From: an uncultured Dehalococcoidales bacterium
Lineage (GTDB): Bacteria; Chloroflexota; Dehalococcoidia; Dehalococcoidales; UBA2162
Assembly: GCA_964543495.1 (NCBI GenBank)
Contig: CAZIYN010000001.1
Location: 1-55,775, forward strand
Direction of reading: 5' to 3'
DNA: 55,775 nt
Shown in pieces: positions 29,396 through 37,637 of the stretch. The notes below the pieces were generated by a model. That model was given only the letters and a program-made list of their open reading frames with translations. It searched no databases and was not told where the DNA came from. Every line of letters starts with the position of its first letter. The stretch's first letter is position 1. The position numbers and the translations under genes are program-made.

Positions 29396-29674
29396 TCAGA
29401 TGGTCGGGTGAGGGTGCAGGACGAGGAAGGACTCGCCGCATCGGCAGTGGTACTCGGCGCCCGTCAGGGTCTTGTGATGTCTCTTCGCAAAGGCCCGGCA
29501 CTGCGGGCATCTCTGTCTCTTCGGCATATCCGGCCCGCCCTTGCTCGTATCGATAATCCGGAACGGGAACTCCCACCACTTCCTGGGCGGCCGCTTCTTT
29601 TCTGGGACCTCTGCCGGCGCCGGCTGCTCCTTCTTCTTCCTGGTGAAAAACTGCTTAATCTTTGTCAGGCACAT
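29396..29674 (-). CDS. Basic zinc-ribbon protein, 92 aa
   Basis: CPQC..(20)..CRCG. Lys/Pro-rich N-terminus. Confidence 0.55.
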   Translation of the reverse strand: MCLTKIKQFFTRKKKEQPAPAEVPEKKRPPRKWWEFPFRIIDTSKGGPDMPKRQRCPQCRAFAKRHHKTLTGAEYHCRCGESFLVLHPHPTI

Positions 29675-29867
29675 CTTCTTCCTCCTCTTCAGGATCGGGA
29701 GTCGGGGCTATGACCAGCTCGGTATTGCCGTCCAGGAGTTTCCGGAGCAAAACGGGGCGCCCGTATTTCTTCCAGAGATTATCGAGAACCTGGCTCTCCT
29801 CCTCGGTGGTTGAGGTTACGATAATACCCGGGTACTGCAGGGGGCCTGTTTCTAATTGAGCTAACAT
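29655..29867 (-). CDS. Hypothetical acidic protein, 70 aa
   Basis: Minus-strand tiling ORF. Confidence 0.5.
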   Translation of the reverse strand: MLAQLETGPLQYPGIIVTSTTEEESQVLDNLWKKYGRPVLLRKLLDGNTELVIAPTPDPEEEEEDVPDKD

Positions 29868-29881
29868 TTTTATCTCCTCTA

Positions 29882-30154
29882 TTAAAGCTCCTCGAGAACC
29901 CTCTCGACTCTTTCCTTTATAAGGACCTGCAGGTCGTTATCGATGTCGACCGGCTCGTATTTCATCCTTCCGTGGCCGCTGCCTCTCCGGTAGGGGTCTA
30001 ATTTCCTGGCTTCTCTCTCGGCATCGGTGAGCTTATCCTTTCCCCCGAACTGGTGGATGAACGCCTCGAGGGGGAAGGGTTCGGGCGTTTCCAGCCTGTC
30101 TCTCGGCGCGATCTGCCCGCAGCAGGGGCATCTGAATACCGGTGTTTCTGGCAT
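29882..30154 (-). CDS. Hypothetical protein, 90 aa, with N-terminal CPCCG
   Basis: Minus-strand tiling ORF. Confidence 0.55.
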   Translation of the reverse strand: MPETPVFRCPCCGQIAPRDRLETPEPFPLEAFIHQFGGKDKLTDAEREARKLDPYRRGSGHGRMKYEPVDIDNDLQVLIKERVERVLEEL

Positions 30155-30155
30155 T

Positions 30156-30488
30156 TTACTTCCCCGCCTCTTCTATTTCATTAATATAGCCATTCAGGTC
30201 CAGAGCTAAAGCATCGATTCTAGGTTTGCTCGCTTCAACGCTTACAAGATTTTTGAGGGCTTGCCTGGTTGTCTCGAGCGCCTGGCAGACTTTTTCGATT
30301 TGCTTATCCTGTTTCTTTATCTTCTCCTCGAGGGCCCGGGACCTCAAATCGCTCCGCTTGTGAAGAAGTGCCATCGAGTAGGCTCCGTAGAAGTATTTAG
30401 CACTTCCGTCCTCCAGTAGCTCTTTCGCAATTTCGTTCAGCTCATCGATGTCCTTGGCATCTGCTATCCGGTTTAGTGTTTCGTCCAT
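30156..30488 (-). CDS. Coiled-coil protein, 110 aa
   Basis: Minus-strand tiling ORF. Confidence 0.6.
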   Translation of the reverse strand: MDETLNRIADAKDIDELNEIAKELLEDGSAKYFYGAYSMALLHKRSDLRSRALEEKIKKQDKQIEKVCQALETTRQALKNLVSVEASKPRIDALALDLNGYINEIEEAGK

Positions 30489-30500
30489 TTCTCTTCCTCC

Positions 30501-30818
30501 TTACAATTTCGAGCCGCAGCTCGGGCATTCGCCTTTCATTATATCCTCGTAGCTGAGGTCTGATGTGCAGACCTGGCACTTGAATGCTCCTGAAGAGAGC
30601 ATGGATTTCATAAGAACGTTCATTATCTTACTCAGTTCAGAGGAGCTCTCGGCAAGTCTCTCTACCGGTTGCGGTATAGTCAGCGGTCGCGGATATACCA
30701 TGCGCAGCCAGTCCCCAACCAACCATTGTACCATCGCTTCCGGCGCGACTCCTCTTTCTTTACTCTGCTCTTCCAGTTTACTGTAGACCTCATCGGTCAG
30801 TTGAATTGTGAGCTCCAT
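30501..30818 (-). CDS. Protein with C-terminal zinc ribbon, 105 aa
   Basis: CQVC..(13)..CPSCG. Confidence 0.6.
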   Translation of the reverse strand: MELTIQLTDEVYSKLEEQSKERGVAPEAMVQWLVGDWLRMVYPRPLTIPQPVERLAESSSELSKIMNVLMKSMLSSGAFKCQVCTSDLSYEDIMKGECPSCGSKL

Positions 30819-30982
30819 AACATCACCTTCTTTACCTTCTCTTTTTGGACCCGGCCGTCGCCACCATGGTGGATATCGGCGACCTTCTTACCGTCGACCT
30901 TAATCTCGATACCCAGGCTATCAATTTCCTCCCGGGTATGGTCGTTTTTGTGTATTCTATACCATTCTTCAGAGATTAGCAA
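30797..30982 (-). CDS. Hypothetical mini-protein, 61 aa
   Basis: TTG start overlapping the integrase stop. Weak support. Confidence 0.35.
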   Translation of the reverse strand: MLISEEWYRIHKNDHTREEIDSLGIEIKVDGKKVADIHHGGDGRVQKEKVKKVMLWSSQFN

Positions 30983-31742
30983 CGCCGTTTTTCTCCGCTT
31001 TCGCCAGTTCGTCGGACAGCTCCCCGCCGGTGATGAGCAGGTACCTGGCCGTGGTATTTATATTAGCATGTCCCAGGAACTGCTGCACGAAGGCCAGAGA
31101 CATGCCCTTCCGGAGAAGGTCCACCGCCCTGGAGTGGCGGAGCATGTGGGTGCTGACTTCCGGATGCCCGACCCTTCCGCCGAGCTCTTTGAGAGTTTTA
31201 TAATAATAGGTATAGGGGCGCGGGAAAATCCTTCCTTTCTTACCTTTCGCGTATTCGGCGATGACCGGGTAGAAGTCTTTGGTTATCACCTTCAGCCGGT
31301 AGGTCCCGCCCTTGGCCAGGACCATCACGCCGGCAGGGGTGATGTCCTTCTCCTGGATGCCCATCAGCTCGTTGATGCGGCAGCCGAGGGTGAACTGGGT
31401 GAGGACGTACATCCTGTCGTCTTCGTTGTCCGCGGCATCGGCCATCTCTGCCACCGACTCGGGCGGCACGTACCGGATTATTTCATTCCGTATGGGCGTG
31501 AACAACCGGTGAGAGAACGGCCATGGCTCGCCCGGGTTCTTGTACTCGCGGTATGCCTTGATGGCCGCCTTGTGCCGGTGGAGCGAGCTGGCGCTGTAGG
31601 ATTGCAGGAACTTCAGTATCTCCTGGTCCGTGGGCTCTTTGCCCTTGATGTAGGAATTGAGCTGCCAGAGGGTCTGCTCGTAGGCCCGCTGCGTGTTCTG
31701 AGAGAGGCCGGCTATCGACTTGATAAAGTTCCGGATATCCAT
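30969..31742 (-). CDS. int: Tyrosine recombinase/integrase (XerC/D-like)
   Basis: C-terminal HMLRHSRAVDLL..LGHANINTTARYL fits the R..HxxR..Y catalytic set. ATG 31742 is coupled by TAATG to the upstream zinc-ribbon ORF. Confidence 0.9.
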   Translation of the reverse strand: MDIRNFIKSIAGLSQNTQRAYEQTLWQLNSYIKGKEPTDQEILKFLQSYSASSLHRHKAAIKAYREYKNPGEPWPFSHRLFTPIRNEIIRYVPPESVAEMADAADNEDDRMYVLTQFTLGCRINELMGIQEKDITPAGVMVLAKGGTYRLKVITKDFYPVIAEYAKGKKGRIFPRPYTYYYKTLKELGGRVGHPEVSTHMLRHSRAVDLLRKGMSLAFVQQFLGHANINTTARYLLITGGELSDELAKAEKNGVANL

Positions 31743-31897
31743 TACGCAGTACTCCCTATTTCCACCTCGGGTAAAACTTGAGTCGTTCCGCATTTCGTGC
31801 ACTCTAAACGAATCCTGTCATCTGCAGCTGTCGGCGGGAGAATAATAAACTTTTTCTTTTCTCTACATACAAAACAATAGTAATTCCGGATATACAT
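31742..31897 (-). CDS. Zinc-ribbon mini-protein, 51 aa (below cutoff), coupled to the integrase
   Basis: GAGGT SD. MYIRNYYCFVCREKK..LECTKCGTTQ. Confidence 0.5.
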   Translation of the reverse strand: MYIRNYYCFVCREKKKFIILPPTAADDRIRLECTKCGTTQVLPEVEIGSTA

Positions 31898-32001
31898 CTA
31901 CTTCTTACCTCTCAGCAGGCAGCCCCAGAACCGGTGCTCGGCATCGGAGAGGTGCTGGGGGAATCCCGCCAGGTAAACTACCACGGTATGGAATAGTCGT
32001 T

Positions 32002-32181
32002 TCATTTTCTCTTCTGCCCGAGGTCCGGAAGGTTGTCGATCATCCTTTTGAGAGCGTCGGCTTTGTCGTCGAGCATGCTGATTCTCGAGTCGAACCTCGC
32101 CCACATCAACCCGGCGCCGATGAGGAATCCCACTATCATCCCGCCGGCGGTCGCTATTATTAACCAGGCAAAGTGTATCAT
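32002..32181 (-). CDS. Single-TM mini-protein, 59 aa (below cutoff)
   Basis: ATGA coupling at both ends. MIHFAWLIIATAGGMIVGFLIGAGLMWARF.. Confidence 0.55.
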   Translation of the reverse strand: MIHFAWLIIATAGGMIVGFLIGAGLMWARFDSRISMLDDKADALKRMIDNLPDLGQKRK

Positions 32182-32459
32182 AATTCCACCCCGCTGCCGG
32201 CAGCCCAGTCTTTGTAGAGCTGCTCGGCAAATTTTATAATCTCGGTATGCATATCATACTCGAGCTGCGAAAGACAACCGCGAACGCATTCGTCACAGGC
32301 TTCATCGCTGTCGTCTTCACACCCATCGCAGATTTCGTAGAGCCTCGGGCTGAACACATCGGCATCATATTTCATCAGCCTTTCGAGGTACCCGGGCTTA
32401 TCCATGCCATGGGTTAATATCGCCTCGAACTCTTCGCTATATCCATACCTATCACTCAT
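32178..32459 (-). CDS. Acidic Cys-rich protein, 93 aa
   Basis: AGGAGGAGGAG SD before ATG 32459. CDGC..CDEC..C. Confidence 0.55.
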   Translation of the reverse strand: MSDRYGYSEEFEAILTHGMDKPGYLERLMKYDADVFSPRLYEICDGCEDDSDEACDECVRGCLSQLEYDMHTEIIKFAEQLYKDWAAGSGVEL

Positions 32460-32481
32460 TTCTCCTCCTCCTTTTTGCGCC

Positions 32482-32517
32482 GGCGGGGAAGTACACCCCT
32501 TAAAATACTCCCCCGCC
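32482..32517 (-). other. Hairpin GGCGGGGAAGTA-N12-TACTCCCCCGCC
   Basis: 11 of 12 bp pair in the stem. Sequence-related to the hairpin at 50201-50232. Confidence 0.5.
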
Positions 32518-32636
32518 AGGTCGAATCGCGGGGCAGGGTCACGGCAAGGGGTTTTTAAGAGAAAACAATAGTTCAGTATTAAAGTTCCACTTGCTGACGA
32601 CAATTATGGAATGTGTGACGAGATAAGTAACCCTCG

Positions 32637-32810
32637 CTATCCTGCCCCCAGTTTCTCATTTATTACGTCAAGACCATCGTCGACAGGGCACCGGTCCGAA
32701 CCCTCTTCATACTCCGGATGCATGCATTCCATGGAGTTTTCAATACTGTTACATAGCGCGTGCCCGCACTCGAGACACAGCGGATTAATGGCTGCCGGCA
32801 GCTCTTTCAT
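32637..32810 (-). CDS. Cys/His-rich mini-protein, 57 aa
   Basis: ATGA coupling at 32810. CLECGHALC..C.H..C. Confidence 0.5.
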   Translation of the reverse strand: MKELPAAINPLCLECGHALCNSIENSMECMHPEYEEGSDRCPVDDGLDVINEKLGAG

Positions 32811-32947
32811 ATTACTTTTCTCCTCTTCTCCTTGCCGCAGCATACGCAAACCGCCACTTCGTACTTGGCGTTGAACGGATCGGGGCGCCACTCGCCGTAG
32901 GAGTGGAACCCGAGTAAGCATAATACGCAGTCAATCATCGTGGGCAT
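32807..32947 (-). CDS. Zinc-ribbon mini-protein, 46 aa (below cutoff)
   Basis: TAATG coupling at 32947. MPTMIDCVLC..(24)..CVCCGKEK. Confidence 0.5.
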   Translation of the reverse strand: MPTMIDCVLCLLGFHSYGEWRPDPFNAKYEVAVCVCCGKEKRRKVI

Positions 32948-33135
32948 TACGGCACTACTCCCAGCAAAACAGGGTTGATATCCGGGACTACGAACGTGGC
33001 CTCGACCTTCTCGAATACCCCCAGCTTGGCCACTATTACCCAGTTGTCGCCTTCCTTTCTCCCCGATATAGGCTTAAATGGCGTATCCTTGACAAGCTTA
33101 TTCGCAATTCCGGTGGCTACCGCAGCATCAAACAT
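32947..33135 (-). CDS. Hypothetical protein, 62 aa
   Basis: CAGGAGGG SD. First gene after the 420-bp noncoding region. Confidence 0.55.
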   Translation of the reverse strand: MFDAAVATGIANKLVKDTPFKPISGRKEGDNWVIVAKLGVFEKVEATFVVPDINPVLLGVVP

Positions 33136-33554
33136 CTTTGCCCTCCTGGATGCCCCGCGGGGCCCGTTTAAACGGCTTCTACCGTCTTCCGCCCCCGGAA
33201 GGTCGCGGAGTTACCGGCTCCACGTCCTGAGTCTGGAGGACCCCGCTTCCGGGCATATATCGAAAGATAACATTTATTACTTTGCACGAAATCCAGAAAG
33301 TTGTCAAGCCCACGCCTGAAATGAAAACTACCCTATTACATCATGTGGTAATGTGGTAAAACGGCACTAATATTTTTGCAATTTTTCCGTTTACGAAAAT
33401 CCGGAAACTCGGTTGGTAAAACCGCTACCAAAATATTAGTGCTTTTTTGAGCCTGAAAGGGGGAAAACCGGTCATACTTTCGGTCATATTTTACAGTGCT
33501 TTGTAAAAATCGCGTAATAATATTAGTAAAATTATTACGGGGAAAATGCCGGAA
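33136..33554. other. 420-bp AT-rich noncoding region with nested repeats (regulatory region, attP or origin candidate)
   Basis: Inverted repeat gcactaatatttt (33364) / aaaatattagtgc (33430). Inverted repeat cgtaataat (33513) / attattacg (33531). TGGTAAAAC at 33354 and 33414. cggtcata at 33469 and 33481. Confidence 0.6.
33264..33283 (-). promoter_or_regulatory. 20-bp palindrome, copy 9 (variant)
   Basis: Minus strand reads AAAGTAA-taaatg-TTATCTTTCGATATAT. A TTGACA lies 22 nt upstream. Confidence 0.45.
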
Positions 33555-33833
33555 CTACCGCTTCATTACGACGACGTATTCAGTAGGAGAGGCTATAGCG
33601 TAGCAGAATTCGTAGCCCTCTTTTGCCATTTCAATGATACTTTCCCCGATCTCATAAGGGCTCTTGAAAACAAGGGTAGCATATTCAACCCCGCCTCTTT
33701 CAGAGACCGCTCTGACCAGGGCATGGAGAGAGCTGGGCGTGTGGACTATGTCCCTGTCCCCTATCTTGAACCGGAGCTGCTTTATCTCCTGATCCTCGGG
33801 GATTGTATCGGAACCGTCGAATGTTAAATTCAC
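33555..33833 (-). CDS. Hypothetical protein, 92 aa
   Basis: 4-nt overlap coupling to the upstream gene. Preferred over the mirror plus-strand ORF at 33546-33827. Confidence 0.55.
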   Translation of the reverse strand: MNLTFDGSDTIPEDQEIKQLRFKIGDRDIVHTPSSLHALVRAVSERGGVEYATLVFKSPYEIGESIIEMAKEGYEFCYAIASPTEYVVVMKR

Positions 33834-34036
33834 TTTTCTTTACCTCCTGTTGTCTTCCTGATACCCTGGCACTTCGGGCACCAGTATGTGGGCGGGCGCT
33901 CGGGCTCGGTCGCCACGGCGCCTAAAGGATTATCGCAGCGGGCGCAGAAGAACGGGACGAATCCTTCCGGAAGAACCATCTCCACGGTGACTTCCTCGCC
34001 GTAATCATCGATGTCGACGACCGCAGTTAGACCCAC
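33830..34036 (-). CDS. Zinc-ribbon mini-protein, 68 aa
   Basis: CARC..(17)..CPKC. Confidence 0.55.
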   Translation of the reverse strand: MGLTAVVDIDDYGEEVTVEMVLPEGFVPFFCARCDNPLGAVATEPERPPTYWCPKCQGIRKTTGGKEK

Positions 34037-34221
34037 TGTCTCTCCGGAGCCGAGGTTCCCAGCACCAGCTGATACCGGCCCTTGCTGTCGCTGCCTAAAG
34101 CCAGTATGCTGCCCCTGTTATACATGTCGTATAGGTCCTGGCTCTCCTGGTTGTTAGACGGGGAAATCACTATCTGCGTCTGGGTGCCGTCCGCCGACCT
34201 CTTTACCTTGAACTTCATCAC
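34027..34221 (-). CDS. Hypothetical protein, 64 aa
   Basis: AAGGAGGAG SD. Confidence 0.55.
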   Translation of the reverse strand: MMKFKVKRSADGTQTQIVISPSNNQESQDLYDMYNRGSILALGSDSKGRYQLVLGTSAPERQWV

Positions 34222-34360
34222 TCCTCCTTACCCTTGAGGCTACATTCGGCGGTATTCCCTGCCTGACAAACATGGCGTATGTGGATTCGGGACAGTTGCT
34301 TAAATACTCCGCCTGTTTCTCCAATTCCTCAACCGTCGGATATAGCCTACCCGGTGACAC
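34154..34360 (-). CDS. Possible excisionase-type HTH mini-protein
   Basis: TVEELEKQAEYLSNCPESTYAMFVRQGIPP resembles an Xis-family HTH. GTG start. Overlaps the next gene by 68 nt. Confidence 0.35.
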   Translation of the reverse strand: MSPGRLYPTVEELEKQAEYLSNCPESTYAMFVRQGIPPNVASRVRRSDEVQGKEVGGRHPDADSDFPV

Positions 34361-34550
34361 GGATCTGCCCTTTGCTCGCCTTGTCCCACCCGTCCCACCA
34401 GAGCTTCGCAATCTGCACGTCCTTCAGGTGGTACGGGTTCTGGTCCCGGCGCCGTCCCTGGGCGTGAGCCAGCGCCCCCTTTATCACGTAGCCCGAAAGC
34501 ATCGGCATGTCGAGCTCCGTGTCGTCCATCAGTACATTTATTTTCGCCAT
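34347..34550 (-). CDS. Ribosome-modulation-factor (RMF)-like mini-protein
   Basis: GYVIKGALAHAQGRRRDQNPY..(12)..WWDGWDKA parallels E. coli RMF GYQAGIAGRSKEMCPY..W.GGWREA. Confidence 0.45.
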   Translation of the reverse strand: MAKINVLMDDTELDMPMLSGYVIKGALAHAQGRRRDQNPYHLKDVQIAKLWWDGWDKASKGQIRVTG

Positions 34551-34567
34551 TTTCTCCTACCTCTCTT

Positions 34568-34918
34568 TTAGCCTGCTTTGAAGGGCTTCCCGCCCTGCAT
34601 GAACTGTATCGGGGCGTCTTCAATACGGGACTCCCGGCAGTGAACCAGCCCGCACTTGGCACAGGTCACCAGCCTCTGCTGCAGCATGGGGATGTCTGCT
34701 ATGGCCGCCTGGACGTTGACGAGCGGTATCATGGTTAGCCTTCCGTATCTCTTATTGTCAGGGACCGGCTTGCCTCTCTGTACCATCAGCTCGGCCGCCA
34801 TCCCCTCTCTCGTCATGGTCTCACCGCAGTTGGGGCACCTGTCCCATTCCTTCGGGAAATCATCTTCGGAAACCCCTTTCTTACCGTGGAATAACCTTCT
34901 AATCCTTGCCAGAAACAT
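34568..34918 (-). CDS. Zinc-ribbon protein, 116 aa
   Basis: CPNCGE..(55)..CAKCG. AGGAGG SD. Own promoter. Confidence 0.6.
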   Translation of the reverse strand: MFLARIRRLFHGKKGVSEDDFPKEWDRCPNCGETMTREGMAAELMVQRGKPVPDNKRYGRLTMIPLVNVQAAIADIPMLQQRLVTCAKCGLVHCRESRIEDAPIQFMQGGKPFKAG

Positions 34919-34939
34919 CTATTTCTACCTCCTGGCGTC

Positions 34940-34968
34940 ATAATAGGAAAGACCGAGGGATTTGTCAA
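34940..34968 (-). promoter_or_regulatory. Near-consensus sigma70 promoter TTGACA-N17-TATTAT
   Basis: Read on the minus strand. About 15-nt leader with AGGAGG to ATG 34918. Confidence 0.7.
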
Positions 34969-35135
34969 GGAAAGCGGGGAAAAACCCTATTTTCGCATCC
35001 TGGAGCCTCTGAATAGCGGAAGAGGGGACATCATCCCCTCTTCCCCGGGGAGCCTCGCAAGGGGGAGGTACCCGCCCCCGGCGGGCGACCAGGGCTCGAA
35101 ACCCCTGCCGCCCCTGCAGGGAAAAGCAACCCTGG

Positions 35136-35444
35136 CTACTTTCCCTTGCTCGACTTGGCCCCGGTTTTATCCTCAACAGCGGCTATACGGCCGGACAGCT
35201 CGGTGCTGACTGCGGCACAGTGAGTCTTGAAATCACCCTGCCCCTTGGCCAGCGCTACCAGCCCGTGATCCTCGCTGCTTAATTCCTGTTTGACAGCCTT
35301 AACATCATTCTTCAGCACCGCTATGTCGCTTTTTACCTGGGCATCCTCGTTAGCCGTCGTCCTATTATCTCGCTTCCACGTGGCCAGTAGCCCAATGCCG
35401 AGGAATATCACCCCGAGTATCGCTATTCCGGTCGCTACATCCAT
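35136..35444 (-). CDS. N-terminal-TM coiled-coil protein, 102 aa
   Basis: MDVATGIAILGVIFLGIGLLATW, then a helical region. Confidence 0.6.
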   Translation of the reverse strand: MDVATGIAILGVIFLGIGLLATWKRDNRTTANEDAQVKSDIAVLKNDVKAVKQELSSEDHGLVALAKGQGDFKTHCAAVSTELSGRIAAVEDKTGAKSSKGK

Positions 35445-35456
35445 CTTGATCCCCCT

Positions 35457-35876
35457 TTATATCAAGCCCATCTTGCGCAGCGGGCTGTCCGGAGCGTCCG
35501 GCTCCACCTCCCGCCCGTCGGGCAGCGTTATCACCCCGCTGAAACACATGTGGGAGAGATCCTTCTCCGAGGGGATTATGAGCTCTCCTTTCTTGTTGAG
35601 GATGGAGTACTTCGCCATGATTTCGCTCATCGGCACACATACCTCTACTTCCTCCCCTTCCTCGGCTTTCGATATGGCTTCTTCCCCGAACTGCTCGACC
35701 GCCTTCACGTAAGCTTCCTCGCCCTCGAGAGACGTGCCCCAGATGCCATCGCCGGCTTCGTAAGAGTAGACCTCGAAGTTGGGATCTTTGTAGACTACCT
35801 CGAGCACGCCCGTCCGGTATTTGCTTTTCTGCAGTACCGCCTGAATGGAGTTGCATTCACACTTTTTCTCACTCAT
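35457..35876 (-). CDS. Hypothetical protein, 139 aa
   Basis: Minus-strand tiling ORF. Confidence 0.6.
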   Translation of the reverse strand: MSEKKCECNSIQAVLQKSKYRTGVLEVVYKDPNFEVYSYEAGDGIWGTSLEGEEAYVKAVEQFGEEAISKAEEGEEVEVCVPMSEIMAKYSILNKKGELIIPSEKDLSHMCFSGVITLPDGREVEPDAPDSPLRKMGLI

Positions 35877-36090
35877 TGCTAGCCCCCTCTTTTATCGCGC
35901 TGACAAACCTCTCTACCCCGAATAATACCATCAGGGTGGTCATTATTATCTCGGTTATGAGGACCGGCTGGTTATCTTCGTATATCATCACCTTGCCTTT
36001 GAGCTTTATCATGATTAAGTGAAATAGAACCCACCCGCATGATAAAATAACCAGTAGCCCGCTTATGACGTTTTTCATTACACTCCCCAC
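35869..36090 (-). CDS. Two-TM membrane protein, 73 aa
   Basis: Two hydrophobic helices. Confidence 0.6.
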   Translation of the reverse strand: MGSVMKNVISGLLVILSCGWVLFHLIMIKLKGKVMIYEDNQPVLITEIIMTTLMVLFGVERFVSAIKEGASNE

Positions 36091-37637
36091 TGCTCGCCTT
36101 CATCCGGCGGCAGGCCTTCTTTACGGAATATGCCTTCCAATTCGAATACCGAGCCGGCTACAAAGTTAGGCCCTGTAACTAAGGCGAGGTCAATCCGTGT
36201 AATAGCATTTAAGCTCTCCCATCGATTGGATTGAACGACAACAATATTCTCCTGCCTCCCGTGAAAAGAAATACAATGTTTATGCCTATCTGTCTCCGCA
36301 TACGACGGAAATATAAATAAGCCTCCACCGAATTCCCCTACGCCCTCATTAGCCGCTGGGCATTTTAACCAATCTTGTATAGCAAGATTTCGGTCGGATG
36401 TCACCACGGCGCCGCTTCCATATAGCCTTTGCCGGTCGTAATTCGCAACGACGGCATCTCCATTAATAGTAATAGCGATATCATCATCAAGCGCCGCCTT
36501 ATCCGATCTCGCATAGACGTTAATCTGCAGAGCTTCGAAGTTCTGGGAAATATTATCAAACGTGACAGTAGCTGTGTCCTCGGTCAGCTCTACCCTCTCG
36601 ATTATCCGCTTCGGTACCCGGTAAAGGGAGAATAAACTGCCTGCTTTGAAGTCTGTGCCATTGTTAGGCTCGTAACTTAATTTATTTATAGGTTCCGAAT
36701 TGTCTCTTCTGCCTGAACGCAGGTCAATAACACCCGTTGGTGCGGAACTCTCATGGAAACCTGTAATATTAAACAAGTGAGGCTGATTAGCCTTTGTGTA
36801 TTGTGATACTATCGAAATTAAAGAACCATACACACTGGCAGTAGCATTTACCGCAGGACAATCACCAATAATTCGGTTATTTTGGCTAACAGAAGAAACA
36901 GCTGCGCCTACCCCTCGTAATTGCTGGTTATAATAATTTGCATTTATGCTGTCTTCATTAATATTTATATTAATTGAATCCGTAACACCAACTCGGTCAC
37001 TTCTACAATAACCCACTACCGCCAAATTGCCTTCTCCCTGGGGAATATTATCAAAGACAGGTAGTCCAGCTCCTCCTGCCAAATCCACTTCTTCTACCAG
37101 GTAGCGCTCGTCTACTACTCCCAGATGGAAGGTGCTACCAGCTTGCATATTGCCTGAATTAGCGTAAACTTCAATAGAAGTAATCGCATTTACGTTTGAC
37201 CATCTTCCAGTGGTAACTTGAACTGTGGTTTCCAATGAACCGGTTAAGGACAAAAAAGCTTTCTGGTTACTTGTATTGAAGGCGTGGGGAAAAATAAGAA
37301 TACCACCGCTATAGGCATTAGCAATGTTCGTTCCATTAAAAAGGCCACTGTGGGCATAAGAAGTTGAATCATATCTACTAGCCGCAGCCGCAGCGGCCGT
37401 TCCTCTGATTTCTTGGCTAGAGTAATTATTTCCTCCATCGCCGTTTAATCTGAAGGCTATCCATCGGTCAGCCGCATCCGAGGCCGCTGCATTAATTAGT
37501 ATTACTAGATGCCTTGAAGTAATATGCTGCCGGGCATCCCAGGCTGCCACCAGGTCATCGATATTCGAGAAAGTGACACTGGCCTGGTCAGTCTCTATCT
37601 GAATTGTCTGAAGTATCTTTACAGGTGCATTAAGCAT
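36078..37637 (-). CDS. Triple-repeat beta-rich protein, 519 aa (paralog B)
   Basis: Three modules of about 170 aa each carry VTF.NI.Q..L...R.D....NGD....NY..Q.L.G.G ... RW....AIT.I.L....G.NF.AGS.F.L.G. Confidence 0.75.
   Translation of the reverse strand: MLNAPVKILQTIQIETDQASVTFSNIDDLVAAWDARQHITSRHLVILINAAASDAADRWIAFRLNGDGGNNYSSQEIRGTAAAAAASRYDSTSYAHSGLFNGTNIANAYSGGILIFPHAFNTSNQKAFLSLTGSLETTVQVTTGRWSNVNAITSIEVYANSGNMQAGSTFHLGVVDERYLVEEVDLAGGAGLPVFDNIPQGEGNLAVVGYCRSDRVGVTDSINININEDSINANYYNQQLRGVGAAVSSVSQNNRIIGDCPAVNATASVYGSLISIVSQYTKANQPHLFNITGFHESSAPTGVIDLRSGRRDNSEPINKLSYEPNNGTDFKAGSLFSLYRVPKRIIERVELTEDTATVTFDNISQNFEALQINVYARSDKAALDDDIAITINGDAVVANYDRQRLYGSGAVVTSDRNLAIQDWLKCPAANEGVGEFGGGLFIFPSYAETDRHKHCISFHGRQENIVVVQSNRWESLNAITRIDLALVTGPNFVAGSVFELEGIFRKEGLPPDEGEQWGV

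Noticed and set aside
30669-31781. 370-aa plus-strand ORF
   Set aside because: It is antisense to the integrase, whose catalytic R..HxxR..Y motifs are clear. Shadow ORF.
31898-32230. 110-aa minus-strand ORF
   Set aside because: Two ATGA-coupled small ORFs in other frames explain the region better: 32002-32181, with a clear TM helix, and possibly 31898-32005. The 110-aa product is Arg/Asp/Ser-rich.
33546-33827. 93-aa plus-strand ORF mirroring 33555-33833, starting at the edge of the big noncoding region (tempting as a divergent repressor)
   Set aside because: It overlaps the minus-strand ORF completely. That ORF is 4-nt coupled to its upstream gene and looks more protein-like. The plus ORF has only a weak GGGGA three nt from the ATG. 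It is left as a low-probability alternative.
34925-35176. 83-aa minus-strand ORF
   Set aside because: The Arg/Gly/Pro-rich product spans GC hairpins and overlaps a near-consensus promoter. It is likely noncoding.
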